Shown piece after piece: positions 1 through 12,592 of a stretch of DNA of 64,000 nt. The number at the start of each line of letters is the position of its first letter. The first letter of the stretch is position 1. A program made the translations under genes and the position numbers. The stretch comes from Chiloscyllium plagiosum (lineage: Eukaryota). A model generated the notes under the pieces. The model ran no database searches. It was not told where the DNA came from and worked only from the letters and a program-made list of their open reading frames with translations. Where the stretch lies: assembly GCF_004010195.1 (NCBI RefSeq), contig NC_057723.1, forward strand, positions 38,328,241 through 38,392,240, read 5' to 3'.

Positions 1-560
1 TCCCTCATCTAAATCATGAAAACGTTGTGAGTAGCAAGGATCCGAGCACTGGTCCCTGTAATGCCCCAGTGGTGACACTAACTACGTTTTGGAAAAAGAC
101 CTGTGTATTCTGACTCTTCACTTGTCTGTCCACCTAATTTTCTACCCATCTCAAAGCACTACCTCTAAACTCATACAGTTGAATTTTACACACTTATCTT
201 GTGTGAAACTTTGTCTAAAGCCTTCTGAAAGACCAAACTGACCACATCCACTGGCTCCCTTCATCAATCTACTAGTCAAATGCTCAAAAAATTCCAGTAG
301 ATTCGTCAAACATGATTTCCCTTTCATAAATCCATGCTGACATTGTCCAATTCTACCACTGCTTTCCAAATGCTATGCAGTTAAATCTTTTATAATGGAC
401 TCTAGCAGTTTCCCCATTACCAACCTCAGACTGCGTGATCTGTAATTCCGTTATCTCTCTGCCTCCTTTTTAAATAGAGGGGTTATATTAATTAACTCTC
501 AAATGTTTTGGAACTTTTCCAGAGTCTACATAATCTTGTAATATGACCACTGATGCTTCC
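1..560 (-). mobile_element. Decayed CR1 LINE fragment (RT region)
   Basis: ORF 151..369 contains QHGFMKGKSCLTNLLEFFE, typical of CR1 ORF2. Confidence 0.85.
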
Positions 561-753
561 ATTGTTGAAAAGGGCATTTTATTAACACAATTGCCGAATT
601 GGGGACACTGTTTCTAAAGCGTGAACTTTTAAAATGTATTGCCTATAATGGGACTACATCGCCAACAATTTAAGTGCCGTTTCCAAAGCAGTTTGTATAC
701 AATGCAGGGTTGCACAAGAACACAACCATCATATTACAGAAGAACTACCTGTA
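560..753. mobile_element. Tc1/mariner (pogo/Tigger-like) MITE fragment
   Basis: Ends AGAACTACCTG followed by TA. Shares ttctaaagcgtgaa and aagaac..aacca blocks with the copy at 50900-51111. Confidence 0.55.
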
Positions 754-1227
754 CGTCACTCTCCATCTTGATAAGGAATTCTATCAAAATTATGGTTGAT
801 CATTCCCAAAGGGCCTCTCAAAAATGATGCTTTTCTCATTATATAATAGCCAGTCTAGAATGGTCTTTTTCTCTCTCTCCATTTTTGGTTGCATCAGTCA
901 CCATGGTCCCCAGGAACATCCCTGCACCATAACCAGTTTGGATTTGCAGTAACTTGCAGCATAAAATAATTTTTGAGTTGAAGCGTTCAGGAAAAAGTCA
1001 AACTAACCATGTAGTAAAATCAGATCCAACATGAGAGAATAGATGGCTTTAGGCCAATATCATTAAAACCTCAGCTTTAGATAAGACACCAACATTGAAA
1101 TAAGGTCTAATAACAGAGACAGGAATGATCTCAGTTGACAACCAGATATTCTTATATGAGGGCAACATGGACTATTTCTGCGTATGCTCCCCATATCTTT
1201 AATAAGTTATTTATTTGGCTGCAATAC

Positions 1228-1370
1228 CTGGAATTAATTTCTGCTCCAGCATTCAGAAGGATCTTTATGATGTTAACATAGCCCCCAGAAGCAGCGAGAC
1301 TGAGGGGTGTATAGTCTGAAACATTGCGATGTTCTTTGTTTGCACCACGAGCCAGCAGCAGCTCCACCAC
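1228..1370 (-). CDS. ANKHD1: ANKHD1 exon ~19 (143 nt): VVELLLARGANKEHRNVSDYTPLSLAASGGYVNIIKILLNAGAEINS(R)
   Basis: Lies within ORF 1152..1445; ttaag|GT acceptor, CAG|gtatt donor. Confidence 0.96.
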
Positions 1371-3473
1371 CTTAATCAAGAAAATGTTAAAAGATTCAGG
1401 TGAGAATTTGAAGAAGTGAGAAATCAAACTCTTATCTTTCATCAATTAGGATGTCATGTTTGATAGAATGTTAATTATAAACTGAAATGCCAAATTTAAG
1501 TAATCCTATGGCTTTACTCACTCGGAAATTTAGTATCAACATTTTGTAATCAATGCCATGACACACAGTTAATTTCAATGACTGATTTTATCACGGACCA
1601 TTATTACAACTGTTTGATGAAACTATATGGAATGTACTCAAGTCAAAGAAAACAAGGAACATTTAGCCTGTCAAGCCTAGTCAAGCCTATTCAGCCCCTT
1701 AATGAGATTAAGGGGAGTTGATGGGAGTTAACTCCACCTGCAATTTTATTATTCAAAGATTTAAAGAGATATCAAATAAAAAAATTATAATTAATATAGC
1801 ATCAATTGCCATCTCTGAAAATATTCAAAACTGGCACAGTCATGTGTATGCAAAAGTGCTTTCTAATTTCCCAATTGCAAGAGCTGGTTCCAATTCTGAG
1901 ATTATGCTTCTTAATCTTCGGTTTCCCAATCGGGGAAATAGTTTTTAAACATCAACTCAACTTGTTACACTTAATATCCTGAAAGCTTAAATCACATGAT
2001 CTCAACATTGCTTTAATTTCACTCGCAGGATGGGTGTGTTGCTGGCTATCATTTACTGCCTGTCCCCTTGAGGGGCTACTGGTGAGCTGCCTCATTGAAC
2101 TGTGGTAATCTAATTTCCAAAAGAAAATACCAACTCTAGTTTCTATAACTTCTCCCAGAGGTTTATCCTTGGAGTGCTGGCATCCTTCTTGGAAACAAAC
2201 TAAATTCCATCAATAGTTTATAGTAGCCTTCAAACAGTATGGTATCTAAATCTTCTTCGACAACTTTCGGTATGGTCCAACCTAGACTTTGTACAACTGA
2301 AGCATGACTTTTATCTCCTTGCTATCTAGTCCTAGGGATATAAAAGCCAGCATTCTATTAGCCTTTTGTCATGTTAGACAGCATCATTCTTTCTCATTTT
2401 TCACCATTCAGATGTGGAAGGGATGGGAACAAGAGCACTGATTGAGGTGAAGATAGAAGTTAAGTAAGCCTAAGAACAAAAAGGGTCAGATTAATGAACA
2501 GAAATTAATGGCAGAAATGGTGGTCTGTAACATTATGCATGGTGTGTAGATAGCAGTTAAGGTAGATGAGCTTAGAGCATGGAACCATAGTGTTCTAGAC
2601 AAAGTAGAAACTTGATTGAGAGAAAGGCAGGTCTGGTAGCTTAATGTTCCAGGGTTTAAATATTTCGGGCATGATAGAGGGATATAAAATGGGGAGGGGA
2701 TTTGCATTACTGATGAAGGAAAATGTTAGAGCTGCACTAAGGACATCTAGTATGGTCATATGGTAGAATTCAGGAATAAGAAAGGTGCAATTACTATGAT
2801 GGGTTTACACTGCAGGCCTCCCAGTAGCCAGCAGGAGATAGTGGAACAGATATGCAAGCAAACCATAGAAAGATGCAAAGCCAACAGGCAACTTTCACTT
2901 CTCCAATATTGACTCGATTCCTTTAGTGCCAGAGAGTTTGTTGGGGCTGAATTTGTTAGGTGCATCAGGAGGGTTTCTCATAACAATATGCAGATAGTTA
3001 ACTAGGGAAGAGAATGTACAGCAAACTTTTTATTAACCTGTACCTACGGAACCAGGACTGTCCTGAGGAATTAGCTTGGCCAGATGATTGACAATTTAGG
3101 TGAGGGGGCATTTTGAGGCACAGATCACAATTCTATAAAATGTTGAAAGGATAAGATTAAACCTCAAGTAAAAATGCTAAAATTTGAGGAAGGCTAATTA
3201 CAACACCATCGATAGGAAATGGAAAAATTAGATTGGGGCAGCTGTTTCAGGGTAAATCCACACCTGATATGATGGACTCTTTTAAAGGTTAGCTGATCAG
3301 AATTCAGGATCAACATGTTCATGAGAGGGTGAAAGATCAGGATGGCAAGATTCAGGAAACCTGGGTGGTAGGAGATACTGAACATTTAGTCTAAAAATGC
3401 CAAAAGCATATACAAGGTTTAGGAAACTTGAAATCAGGCAAGGCACTTGAAGAATATAAAAGCAGAAAAGAAC

Positions 3474-5668
3474 ATAGAACATAGAACAATACAGTGCAGA
3501 ACAGGCCCTTTGGCTCTTTATGTTGTGCCGATCTGTGAACTAATCTAAACCCATCCCCCTACACGATCCCATCATCATCCATACGCTTATCCAAGGACTG
3601 TTTAAATGCCCCTAAAGTGGCTGAGTTAACTACATTGGCAAGCAGGGCATTCCATGCCCTTACCATGCTGAGTAAAGAATCTGTCTCTGACATCTGTCTT
3701 AAATCGATCACCCCTCAATTTGCAGCTATGCCCCCACCACTGTACAAACTGATGTCATCTAAGGAAAAAGACTCCCAATGTCCACCCTATCTAATCCTCT
3801 TGTATGTATCTATTAAATCCCCTCTTAACCTTCTTCTCTCCAACGAGAACAGACCCAAGTCCCTCAGCTTTTCCTCCTAAGACAGTCCCTCCAGACCAGG
3901 CAACATCCTGGTAAATCTCCTCTGCACCTTTTCCAATGCTTCTACATCCTTCCTGTCATGGGGCGACAAGAACTGTACACAATATTCCAAGTGAGGCCAC
4001 ACTAGCTTTTTGTAGTTACAGCATGCTCCAGAACTTAATTCCTCTACCAATAAAACCTAACACACCGTATGCTTTCTTAACAGCACTATCAACCTGGGTG
4101 GCAACTTTCAGGAATTTATGTACATGGTCACCAAGATCCCTCTGCACATCCACACCACCAAGAATTTTTCCAATGACCCAGTATTCTGCCTTCCTGTTAT
4201 TCCTCCTAAAGGGATCACCTCACATTTAGCTGCATTGAACTCCACTTGCCACCTCTCAGCCCAATTCTGCAGTTTGTCCCCCCTACAACATTCTTCCATA
4301 CTGTCCACCACTCTAACAACTTCAGTGTCATTTGCAAACTTACTAACCTATCCACCTATGCCTGCGTCCAAGTCTTTTATAAAAATGACAAACAGCAGTG
4401 GTCCCAAAACAGATCCTTGCAGCACACCACTAATAACCGGACTCCAGGCTGAATATTTTCCATCAACCACCACTTGGTGCCTTGTTCCAGAAAGCCAGTT
4501 TCTAATCCAAACTGCTAAATCACCCTCAAACCCATGCCTCCACATTTTCTCCAAAAGCCTATCATGTGGAACCTTCTCAAAGGCTTTACTGCGCTTTACA
4601 CCAACTGCCCTACTCTCATCCACATGCTTGGTCACCTTCTCAAAAAACGCAATGAGGGTTGAGAGACATGGCCTCCCCTTGACAAAACCATGTTGACTAT
4701 CTCCAATCAAATTGTTGCTTGCCAGACAATTATAAATTCTATCTCTTATAAACTTTCCCAAAAACTTTTCCTACAACAAACGTAAGGCTCACTGGTCTAT
4801 AAATTACCTGGATCACCTCTACTGACCTTCTTGAACAAGGGCACAACATTTGCAATCCTCCTGTCCTCTGGAACTAAACCTGTAGACAATAACGACTCAA
4901 AGATCATGGCCAAAGGCTCCACCATCTCCTCCCAGCTTCCCAGGAATTGGATAAATCCCATCCAGCTCCGGGGACTTATCTACTTGCACACCTTCTAGAA
5001 TTGATAACACCTCCTCCTTACTAACCTCAATCCTTTCCAGTCTAATATCTCTTATCTGATTCTTCTCCTCTCCAATATTCTCCTTTTCCAGAGTGAAAAA
5101 CCAATGAGAAATATTCATTTAGCTCCTCTCCAGTCTCCACAGGGTCCACACACAACTTGCCACTTATGTCTTTGACTGGCCCTATTCCTACCCGAGTCTT
5201 CCTTGTATTTCTCACATACCTATAGAAAGCTTCAGGGTTCTGCTTTATTCTACCTGCTAAAGACTGCTCATGCCCCCTCCTTGCTCCTCTTAATTCTGTC
5301 TCTAAATCCTTCCTAGCTAATCTGTAACTCTCCATCGCCTCATCTGAACTATCTTTTCTCAACGTCACATAAGCCTCCCTCTTCAGCTTAACAAGAGATA
5401 CAATTTCTTTAGCAAACCGCGGTTCCCTTACCTGATCACTTCCTCTCTCCCGACAGGGACATACATATCAAGGACATGCAATATCTGTTCCTTAAACCAG
5501 CTCCACATCTCAACTGTCCCCATTCCCTGCATTTTGCTACCCTATTCTATGTCTCTTAAGTCTTGCCTAATCGCATTATAATTGCTCTTACCCTGTAGCA
5601 CGTACCTATCCCTTTCCATTGCTAAACTAAACATAACCGAATTATGGTCACTCTCTCCAAAGTGCTCA
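3474..5668 (-). mobile_element. 5'-truncated CR1 LINE, younger, frameshifted
   Basis: Minus-strand ORFs contain [26 protein letters not shown] and WAERWQVEFN. Tandem (catagaa)n 3' tail at ~3474-3490. Confidence 0.9.
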
Positions 5669-5803
5669 CTAAATGAAACTTACACAAGAAATTTGGAAGG
5701 CTAAAAAGGGGCCATGAAATTCCTATGGCAAATAAGATTAAGGAGAATCCCAAGGCATTTTAGACACATAGTAGGAGCAAAAGGTTAATGAGAGAAAGAA
5801 TAG

Positions 5804-5938
5804 AGAAGGGCTGATGAAGGGCTTTTGCCCGAAACATCGATTTTCCTGCTCCTCGGATGCTGCCTGACCTGCTGTGCTTTTCCAGCACCACTCTAATCTA
5901 GATTCTAATTTCCAGCATCTGCAGTCCTTGTTTTTACA
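5804..5938 (+). mobile_element. Penelope-derived mini-insertion carrying a hammerhead-ribozyme-like core
   Basis: CTGATGA-A-GGGC-TTTT-GCCC-GAAAC-ATC at 5811-5838. Flanking duplication gagagaaagaatag (5790-5803) / gagagaaagagtag (5939-5952). Confidence 0.75.
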
Positions 5939-7644
5939 GAGAGAAAGAGTAGGTCCACTCAAGGATCATGGAGAGAATTTATGCCTTGAACTACAAGTAG
6001 TCAGTGAAGCCCTTAATACATTTTAAAAGTCAGTATTCACCAAGAGGGACGTGGGTGATGCTAAGATTTTTAGGTGGTCTCTGTGCGTCCGTGATATTGA
6101 TATTAAAGTCATGTTGTTGGCTGTCTTGAAAACAATTATGACTGATAAGTACCCAGGTCCCGATGGGACCGACCTTAGGATGCTGACGGAGACAAGGTAA
6201 GAGATTGCCTCGACCTTGACAGAGAATTTTGTATCCTCTTTCACCGCAGGCAAGGTCCTAGAAGATTGGCTATTCTCCAATGTTGTTCCTTCGTTTATGA
6301 AGGGCAACAGGGATAATCTGGGTAATTATAGACTCATCAGCCTTACATCAGGGATGGGGAAATTGGAGAAATAGGCTGGTCCAGAAGATTAAGTCACATG
6401 GAATCCAAAGCGAGTTGGAAAACTGAATAAAAAACTGGCTTGATCAAAGAACTCAGAGGGTAGTTGTGCAGGGTGTTTTTTTCTGATGGAGATGTGTTAC
6501 CCGGCATTCTGCAAGGATCAGTGCTAGGACCTCTTGTTGTAATATACATAAATAATTTAGATAAAAACATAAGTGGTCTGGTTAGTACTTTTGCAGATGA
6601 TATTCAAATTGGAGTTGTGGATAATGCAGAAGGTTGTCAAAGGATGCAGCAAGATACAGGTAAGTTGGACAGAGAAATTGTAATTGGAGTTTAATCCATT
6701 AAAGAGAGTGAGGGGATGTATTTTGTGGTGTCAAATGCAAAAGGAAAGTATCTAGTAAATGGTAAGCCCCTTAAGAGCGTGGACATACAGAGGGATTTTG
6801 GGGTACACATCCATAGTTCCCTGAAAGCAGCAACACAAGTAGCTAAGGTGGTAAAGGAGGCATACCACATGCTTGCAACTGTACAAGACTTTAGTTCGGC
6901 CACATTTGGAGTACTCGTGTGAAGTTCTGGTCATCATACTATAGGATTATGGAGGCTTTGGAAAGGTACAAAAGAGATGTTGCCTGGATTGGAACATATT
7001 AGTTAAGGAGAGATTGAAGTAACACTACAGCATCAGAGGCTGAGGGACAACTTATGGAAGCATATAAAATTATGAGTGGCATGGCTAGGGAGTCTTTTTC
7101 CAGGATGTGGGGTGGGGGTGGTGAAGAATTTAAAAAGAGATGCTCAAGGCAAACTTTGTTTTTTTTTTAAAACAGAGGGTGGTAGTTGGCCTGTAACATG
7201 CTGTAGGTAGTAGAAGTAGATCCAATAGCAACATTTGAAGCATTTAGACAGACATGAATTGGCAGGAAATACAATGATATGAACCATGCCCAAGCAGATA
7301 GTATTAGCTTTCAATGGCATCACGGTTGACACAGACATGGTGGGCCAAAAGACCTGTTCCTGTGGTGTACTGTATATCCTCTCCTTTCCTTTGCAGATCC
7401 AAAACTCATTTGCCTACACTGAAATCCACTCATCAGGTTTAGCCATTTAATCTGGGAGTCTTCCCAGTTTTAAGCTTCCAGCCATACTCCTTAGAATGCT
7501 TCTTATTTGCGTAAATTTGGATACAAGGCTCTCCATACCATCATTCAAATGCCCAAATCAAGTTATACACTGATAAAAGACTGTCATGTTACACTAGTAT
7601 TTAGCCATCATTCAAGAACGGTCAACCACAAGAAGGTCTCTCAC

Positions 7645-7790
7645 CTCTTGCCTGCCTCCGGAACAAGCCAGTGACAATGGTGTATCCTTGGTGCGTTCAG
7701 ATTGCGCTTCAATATCTGCTCCTTTGTCCAACAGAATTTCTACAACGCCAACGTGACCAGCAGTAGCAGCCAAAATAAGTGGAGTAAAAC
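7645..7790 (-). CDS. ANKHD1: ANKHD1 exon ~18 (146 nt): (G)FTPLILAATAGHVGVVEILLDKGADIEAQSERTKDTPLSLACSGGRQE
   Basis: gttag|GT acceptor, GAG|gtgag donor. Confidence 0.96.
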
Positions 7791-8908
7791 CTAACCAGAT
7801 GAAAAAGAGAGAACCATTTTAACTGGCAAAATAGCTAACCTGTTTTTACGTGACTAGTCTGGTTAATAAAATAGGATTTCCATTCTGCATTCTTGAGTTC
7901 AACCATTCTGTAGTGGAAGACATCAAATGACTCTAAATGGGAGTTTTTGTTTGTTTACTGTACAGCACATAGTTACACTGATGAGCCCCCTGTGACTTTT
8001 CAAGTAGTGAAACACTTCTGGATGTCATTAGATGATTTCTGTATCTAAGAGTACTGCCAAACCCAATATCATATTTTGCTAACTATTATGAGTCAAGGGC
8101 AGAATAACAAACAACGATCTTCCAAACAAAATCTCAAAAATATTCCCGTATTTGGATGAATACATGAAACTTCGGGTATTTTAAATTCAAATCTGAATTT
8201 GAAAGCATCCCACAATCCATTGTATCAATCAAACAGTAGCGAGGTTTATGCTCACTCATTTCGTAAGGTTCCATATATAGCTAGTAGGTGAAATTGCAAC
8301 TCCTTGCTAAATAGTTATACTAAACTACAGACTTCTCAAAATAGAATGTCAAGATTTGCTTACCAATTCAATAATCAAAATGACTCTCTCACTCCAAAAG
8401 ATCAGATGGGGTACAAAGTAAATATCAATATAACAGTTTAATCAAGGAACAATCTCTATATGGATGAGTCACCAATACTGTTTTTAAAATTAGTGGAATC
8501 TGCACAGCCTTCTAGAGACAATGGCCACTGACAACACATGCCAAACATCTGAACTGGTCATGTTTACTAGCCCTGGTTGGAGAATTAAGAGCTTTACTTT
8601 GCACAGTCCAGTAAAGCAGCTCTGCTTGGAGAAAGGAGTTGGAGTGTCTGTTAAAATAGTGAGATGAAATAATGTGGAATGAAAATCTTGCGGAAGCTGA
8701 ACACTTGTATGAACGCATTTGGTCAGTGGCCTGCTTCCATGCTTTAAAGCATACAAAGATATTGTACGTAAGTAGCCTAACTGCTTTCTAATCCTCCCTG
8801 TGTCCTAACGCAAAGGTCAGATTTACAGCTGTAAAAAAAAGTCTTAATATTTCAACTACCAATAAACACCCCAATTACTCAAAAGCAGTTTCAAGTCACA
8901 TAAAGAAA

Positions 8909-10110
8909 GGGTAGCATAATGGTAATATTAGTGGACAAGTGTTCCAGATGCCACAAATAATGTTCAGGTGGGAGAAGTACAATTCCCACCAAGACAACGA
9001 AGAGAAATTAAATCCAAATAATTAATATAAGTGGAATAAAACAGTCCTATCTTTAAAAAAATCATTTGTACGTGTCACTGGCTGGGCGTTTATTGCCAAA
9101 CCTACTTGTCTTTGAGAAGGGGTGGTGAGCTGCCTTCTTGAACCTCTCCACTTTATTTTTGGTCGACTCATCATGCTGTAAAGAGGAATTCCCAGGATTT
9201 TGACACAGAAATACTGAAGGAGCAAGGATGTTTTCCAAGTCAGTCCTGGAGGGGAAATTACAGGTGGTGTTGCTCCATGTATCTGCTGTCCTTGTCCTTC
9301 TATAGTTTTAGTTGTGGGCTTTGAAGATGCTGTTTAAGTAGCCTTGTTGAATTTCTGCAGTGCATCTTGTAGTACACAGAACTATCACTAAACATCAACC
9401 TCGGACACACGGAATGTTTATGGCTATAATGCTAATCAAGCAAGCTGCTTTGTTCTGGTTGGGTTTTTATAACAACCGGCAATAGTTTCAGTCATTGTTG
9501 AACTTTTAAATCCAGATTTTTGCTGAAGTCAAATTCCACTATTTGCCAAGGCGGGACTTGAACTGGTGTCCATAAAACCACAAGATGGAGGAACAGAAGT
9601 AGGATATTCAGCCCATTGTGTCATTCAGTGAGATCATGGCTGAACTAATAATCCACAACTCTGCTCTGCTACCTTTCCTCCATACCACGGATTCCTTTAC
9701 TGATTAAATATCTTCCATCTCAGCCTTTAATATACTTAATGACTGAACCTCAACAGCCCGAAGGTAAAGAATTCCACAGATCCACTACCCTCAGAAGAAA
9801 TTGTCCTCATCCCTGTAGTAAGTGTGAGACCCCTTACTAAGATTATGCCCTCTGTCTGAGACTTTCCCACAAAGAGAAATAATCTTACCACAGCTACCAA
9901 CTCCTCCAAGAATTCTGCATCTTTCATTAAGGCTGGCTTTCATTTTTCGATATTCCAACAAGTACAGACAAGTACAATTTACTCAATCGCTCCTCACACT
10001 ACAATCACTATACCTAGTATCTGCCATTCAAACCTTCCATGCCCCAAGAACACTATCTGGCTCCCTAGATAACTAAATCAGTGATAATACAACAATGCCA
10101 CTACCATGAT
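8909..10110. mobile_element. Cluster of SacSINE/Deu-type tRNA-headed SINE pieces (plus-strand head 8909-9060; minus-strand copy 9060-10110 interrupted by a CR1 tail ~9576-10020)
   Basis: Head gggtagcataatggtaatattagtggac. Tail ggtggtgagctgccttcttgaac is shared with 44925-45420 and, reversed, with ~37770-37860. Confidence 0.6.
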
Positions 10111-10387
10111 GATTAAATTAATGAATATTCAAAATTTCTGCTTTATTTAATGACCCTGAAAGACATCTAACCTCCTTACCCAATCTGCCTTACATGCATA
10201 TTCCTCCCAAAAAGTCAAGCAGATTTATGCTTATAAAAGTAATAACTAATTCTCTCTCAAACTATGAATATGATTTTTCACTGAAGTGGACTGCATGCAA
10301 ACTCTCACCTGAACTCAGTAGCTTCAAAAGCTTGTTTTATGAATTCCATTAAATAAAAGATTATCCAAGTGTGAAACTAGTCCATAC

Positions 10388-10499
10388 CTTTTTTATCTCG
10401 ATGTTCAATATTGGCACCACGAGCTATTAAAACTGAAACAAGTTCTTCATGTCCCCCAGCACAAGCCAACGTTAATGCTGTATCGTGGTTACTCTCCGT
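10388..10499 (-). CDS. ANKHD1: ANKHD1 exon ~17 (112 nt): TESNHDTALTLACAGGHEELVSVLIARGANIEHRDKK(G)
   Basis: cttag|ACG acceptor, AAG|gtatg donor; start of the second ankyrin cluster. Confidence 0.96.
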
Positions 10500-11569
10500 C
10501 TAAGTAGAAAGACAGCACATTCAGTAATGTAGGAACGATTAAGTGCATAATACGGATTCAAATATTCAAAGCAAGGAATAATATTTATACCTGTCACGAA
10601 GACATAAGAACACAGGAAAAACAAATAAAAAGCCTTTGCGCCCTGCAAAACTGTTTATATTAAGAGCTTGGTTCTTCATCTACTTAAGTAACGCATTGCA
10701 GCATTTCCCCAATATCCCCAGATTCCTTTAGTACCCAAGTACTTGTTGATGTTTTACCATCTTATACATCATTGCACTAGTTATGTTCACTAATACAGTT
10801 CAATCTCGAAGTCTTTTTCGGTTTCTGCTGGAAGGATGAATTGACAAATTCCCAAGACCTGCTGGATTTCAGCAAGCAAAATAGTTAAATGCATTAGTTT
10901 TAATTCACCAAAACCTGACTGGAAATTATCTAATCCAATTATTTATTCAAACAGGGAGGTAGGCAGTTTGCTGTTTAACATTTTCTCTCTGACAACTGTT
11001 AAAAGTTTAATATCTATTAAAAAGGTATTGCAAAGCACTTGGATAAGTTCAAGAAATTGGCAGGGCCAACATGGTTTTGTCAAAGGAAAATCATTTAGCT
11101 TAGTTATTGGAATTCTTTGAAGTAGTAACTTGTGCTGGAGGTAAGGAGGAACCAGTGCATGTACTATTCTTTAATTTCCAGAAGGCACTTAATAAAAGTG
11201 CCACAGTAGAAGGTGATTGCAGAAAATGAATGCTTATGCATATGCTGGCAATAAGTCTCAAGTAGTATGGCACCAGCATCAGTGCTGGGGTCTCAATTCT
11301 TTATATTTTATATAAACGACTTGGATGAAGGGGCTGATTTTATCATTAGTAAATCTAGCCGAGTTATGAAGAGGACATAAGGTGTCTATAAAAGGAATAC
11401 AGAAGGTTACGAGAATAGGCAAACATCTGGCAAATGGAGTACAATGTTGAAATGTGTGAACTTGTCCATTTTGGCAGAAAGAACAAAAGAAAGCATATTA
11501 TCTAAATGATGAGAGGATGCAAAGCTCTCAGATGCAGAGATTTGGGCATCCTAGTGCTTGAATCACAAA

Positions 11570-11781
11570 CTTAAAAATGTGTTGCTGGAAAAGCGCAGCA
11601 GGTCAGGCAACATCAAAGGAACAGGAGAATCAACATTTCGGACATAAGCCCTTCTTCAGGAATCTGGCATATGCCCGAAACATCGATTCTCCTGTTCCTT
11701 TGATGCTGCCTGACCTGCTGCGCTTTTCCAGCAACACATTTTTAAGCTCTGATTTCCAGCATCTGCAGTCCTCACTTTCTC
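11570..11781. mobile_element. Palindromic Penelope-derived insert (77-bp inverted arms) with a hammerhead-like core
   Basis: Arms 11570-11646 and 11670-11746 are reverse complements with 5 mismatches. TSD cttgaatcacaaa (11557-11569) / catgaatcacaaa (11782-11794). Confidence 0.8.
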
Positions 11782-12373
11782 CATGAATCACAAAGTTAGG
11801 ATGTAAGTATAACAAGTAATCAGGAAAGCGAATAGAATATTATGGTTTATGGAGAGGGGAATTGACTGCAAGAGTAGGGAGGTGATGGTTTAGTTCGATA
11901 CAAGTGTGACAGCATCTGGAGTACAGTACTGATCACTATACTCAGGAAAGGATTTAATCCCTTGGAAGCACTCAAAGTTTACTAGACGAATAAGTTGACT
12001 GCCTTCTGAGAAAAGACGACCTATATACACTGGAAATTATGAAGTTAGAGGTGTGATATTCAAAATCATGCAAGAGATTGAGGGGATTTGATGGGTGGAT
12101 GTCGAAAGGATACTTCCTCTTGTGAAAGAATCCAGAATAAGTGGTCATAAAGAGGGAGTTTTTAAATTAAAATCTCACTGTTGAATACCTTTGAAATTCC
12201 AATCCTCAAAAGAAAGCAAATGCAGAATCTTTAAACAATTTTAAGGGAGAGGTTAGATTAGACTCTTGATTATCGAGGGGATGAAAGATTATCAAAGATA
12301 TGCAGCAATGTACATGTTAAAATCAGATCAGCCATGATGTTATTAAATAGTGGAGCAGGCTCAAAGTGGACTT

Positions 12374-12507
12374 CTCATTCGTGAAGAAGGGCTCATGCCC
12401 GAAACGTCGATTCTCCTGCTCCTCGGATGCTGCCTGGCCTGCTGTGTTTTTCCAGCACCACATTTTTCAACTCTGGTACTCCAGCATCTACAGTCCTCAC
12501 TTTCTCC
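12374..12507 (+). mobile_element. Penelope-derived mini-insertion with a hammerhead-like core
   Basis: gTGAAGA-A-GGGC-TCAT-GCCC-GAAAC-GTC, followed by the same gatgctgcctg.cctgctg...ccagcatct.cagtcctcactttctcc tail as the other copies. Confidence 0.75.
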
Positions 12508-12592
12508 TACTCTTGTTCCTCGTTTGTTTGCTCATTTGTCTAAAATGCCTTGCTATTTGCATGGCATGCATTAGCTTGTGATTCATATATTT

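Larger units (their letters stand above)
2430..7375 (+). mobile_element. Decayed CR1 LINE (endonuclease to 3' end), split by an antisense CR1 (3474-5668) and a Penelope-derived insert (5804-5938)
   Basis: [11 protein letters not shown] and FADD in ORF 6464..6694. CR1 3' end ggcatcacgg...cctgttcctgtggtgtac near 7370. Host sequence resumes after each insert. Boundaries approximate. Confidence 0.8.
11000..12520 (+). mobile_element. Old CR1 LINE fragment hosting two Penelope-derived inserts
   Basis: QHGFVKGKS-like and WQMEYNVEMCELVHFG-like remnants; CR1 3' end around 12330-12370. Confidence 0.75.

Noticed and set aside
4118-4696. 192-aa plus-strand ORF
   Set aside because: It is the antisense shadow frame of the minus-strand CR1 RT, not a gene.
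11577-12581. Recurrent short ORFs (CCWKSAAGQA..., also at 5738 and 52045)
   Set aside because: Chance translations of the non-coding Penelope-derived repeat.
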